A DNA stretch of 64,000 nt, taken from positions 76,201 to 140,200 of the forward strand of contig CAYTGM010000003.1 of the NCBI GenBank assembly GCA_964437365.1, read 5' to 3'. Shown in pieces: positions 63,192-64,000 of this stretch; positions within the stretch are counted from its first letter, which is position 1, and each line of letters starts with the position of its first letter. The translations under genes were made by a program, and so were the position numbers. This DNA comes from an uncultured Candidatus Sumerlaeota bacterium (GTDB lineage Bacteria > Sumerlaeota > Sumerlaeia > SLMS01). Below the pieces are notes generated by a model. That model did not search any database and was not told the origin of the DNA. It saw only the letters and a program-made list of their open reading frames with translations.

Positions 63192-64000
63192 GTGCTCTTT
63201 CGGTCGGTATTTTCTAAGAATCTCTCAGACGAAAAGGTCAGAAGCAAAGCCATAGAGTCGGCTGTGCAGTCTGCTTCGCAGATATACCAGACTAAGTCTA
63301 ATGAAGAAGCGAGAGAGCCAATACTTAAGCTGCGGGATGTCTTCGACAAGCAGAGTCTTGATCGCTTACCACTCTTGTGCGCTGCGGAAGCCCAACTCTC
63401 TCACGATTCATACTGGCTTGATGAGATCATTACCAATCTTCTTAAGCGACAATCCATCGATGAGCCGAACGTTGCTTACCTGATGCGAAAAGCGCAGATG
63501 GAACCCGGACGTCTTGATCTTTGGCACCGAATTTTTAAGGAGTATCGTCGCCTGGGTTCGCACGAGAACTATCAACAGGCACGTGAGCAGTGTGCTCTCA
63601 CTTTCATCCCATTCTTTCCTAATGCTGAGGAATCCTTTTGGGAGAATCGCCATGAGAGTGAAGAGGCGTATAGCATGCTCATCCAATGCCTCGATGACGC
63701 GGTTACAGATGCGATTGACTCAAACCGAGATGATGCGCTGGCAGTTGAACTCTTTCAGGGTGCCCTTGAACATTTGCCGGAGCGTAGAGACGTTCGAACG
63801 CAAATGGCCCTGCTCACCGTTAAAGAAGAAATTCATGGAGTGAGTAATATACGACTGGTTCTTGAAGCACTGGTCGAAGACCCACAGAACAAAGAACTTA
63901 AATTCTGGGCTGGAAAAGCGCTCCTCCACACTCCCGGGCATGTCGCTCAAGGGCTCCAGATGCTTCGCCAGCTACACGAGGATTATCCAAACGACAAAGA
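63192..64000 (+). CDS. Hypothetical protein, 3'-truncated by the window end.
   Basis: Open frame from a GTG at 63192 to the window end (270 aa or more) with coding-like composition. The six-frame track omits it because the frame is not closed. The start site is uncertain. Confidence 0.4.
   Translation, partial: MLFRSVFSKNLSDEKVRSKAIESAVQSASQIYQTKSNEEAREPILKLRDVFDKQSLDRLPLLCAAEAQLSHDSYWLDEIITNLLKRQSIDEPNVAYLMRKAQMEPGRLDLWHRIFKEYRRLGSHENYQQAREQCALTFIPFFPNAEESFWENRHESEEAYSMLIQCLDDAVTDAIDSNRDDALAVELFQGALEHLPERRDVRTQMALLTVKEEIHGVSNIRLVLEALVEDPQNKELKFWAGKALLHTPGHVAQGLQMLRQLHEDYPNDK

Overview
The window is a 64 kb chromosomal segment from a Gram-negative bacterium, roughly 50% GC and gene-dense on both strands. 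Gene content tentatively suggests a Planctomycetes/Verrucomicrobia-like or similar host-associated lineage: lamin-tail domains, a MoxR-DUF58-VWA 'Bat' operon, eukaryote-like ANK/NHL/FG-GAP/TPR repeat proteins, and giant Pro/Thr-linked surface proteins. This placement is an inference. Housekeeping genes I recognise are gyrB, ribD, purU, hpf/raiA, pgeF/yfiH, a class II DAHP synthase, two pseudouridine synthases, an NtrC-type sigma54 response regulator with its histidine kinase, a complete mrp (mnh) cation/proton antiporter operon with fused mrpAB, a CHASE2 nucleotidyl cyclase, an LMW phosphatase and an OadA/PycB-type carboxyltransferase. The accessory content is more interesting. (i) At 40.9-47.7 kb, two adjacent secreted-protein genes carry four copies of an unassigned ~370-aa module. 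One also has a lamin-tail domain. The other is 1621 aa with a Pro/Thr linker and a C-terminal module that recurs in the 5'-truncated FG-GAP/IPT giant protein at 1-4069, with near-identical linker DNA. (ii) An in-frame PurE-TsaC (YrdC) fusion gene. (iii) A 55-bp element repeated near-identically in two unrelated divergent promoter regions (5.96 kb and 38.4 kb). (iv) A small island at 4.1-10.4 kb with a low-GC orphan gene, an amphi-Trp gene, and an ankyrin-repeat paralogue array that includes a frameshifted copy, junction repeats and a translationally coupled acidic 188-aa partner. (v) A TPR plus AAA+ ATPase overlapping pair. (vi) A 900-bp non-coding gap with a microsatellite upstream of the mrp operon. 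I found no rRNA, tRNA or CRISPR array.
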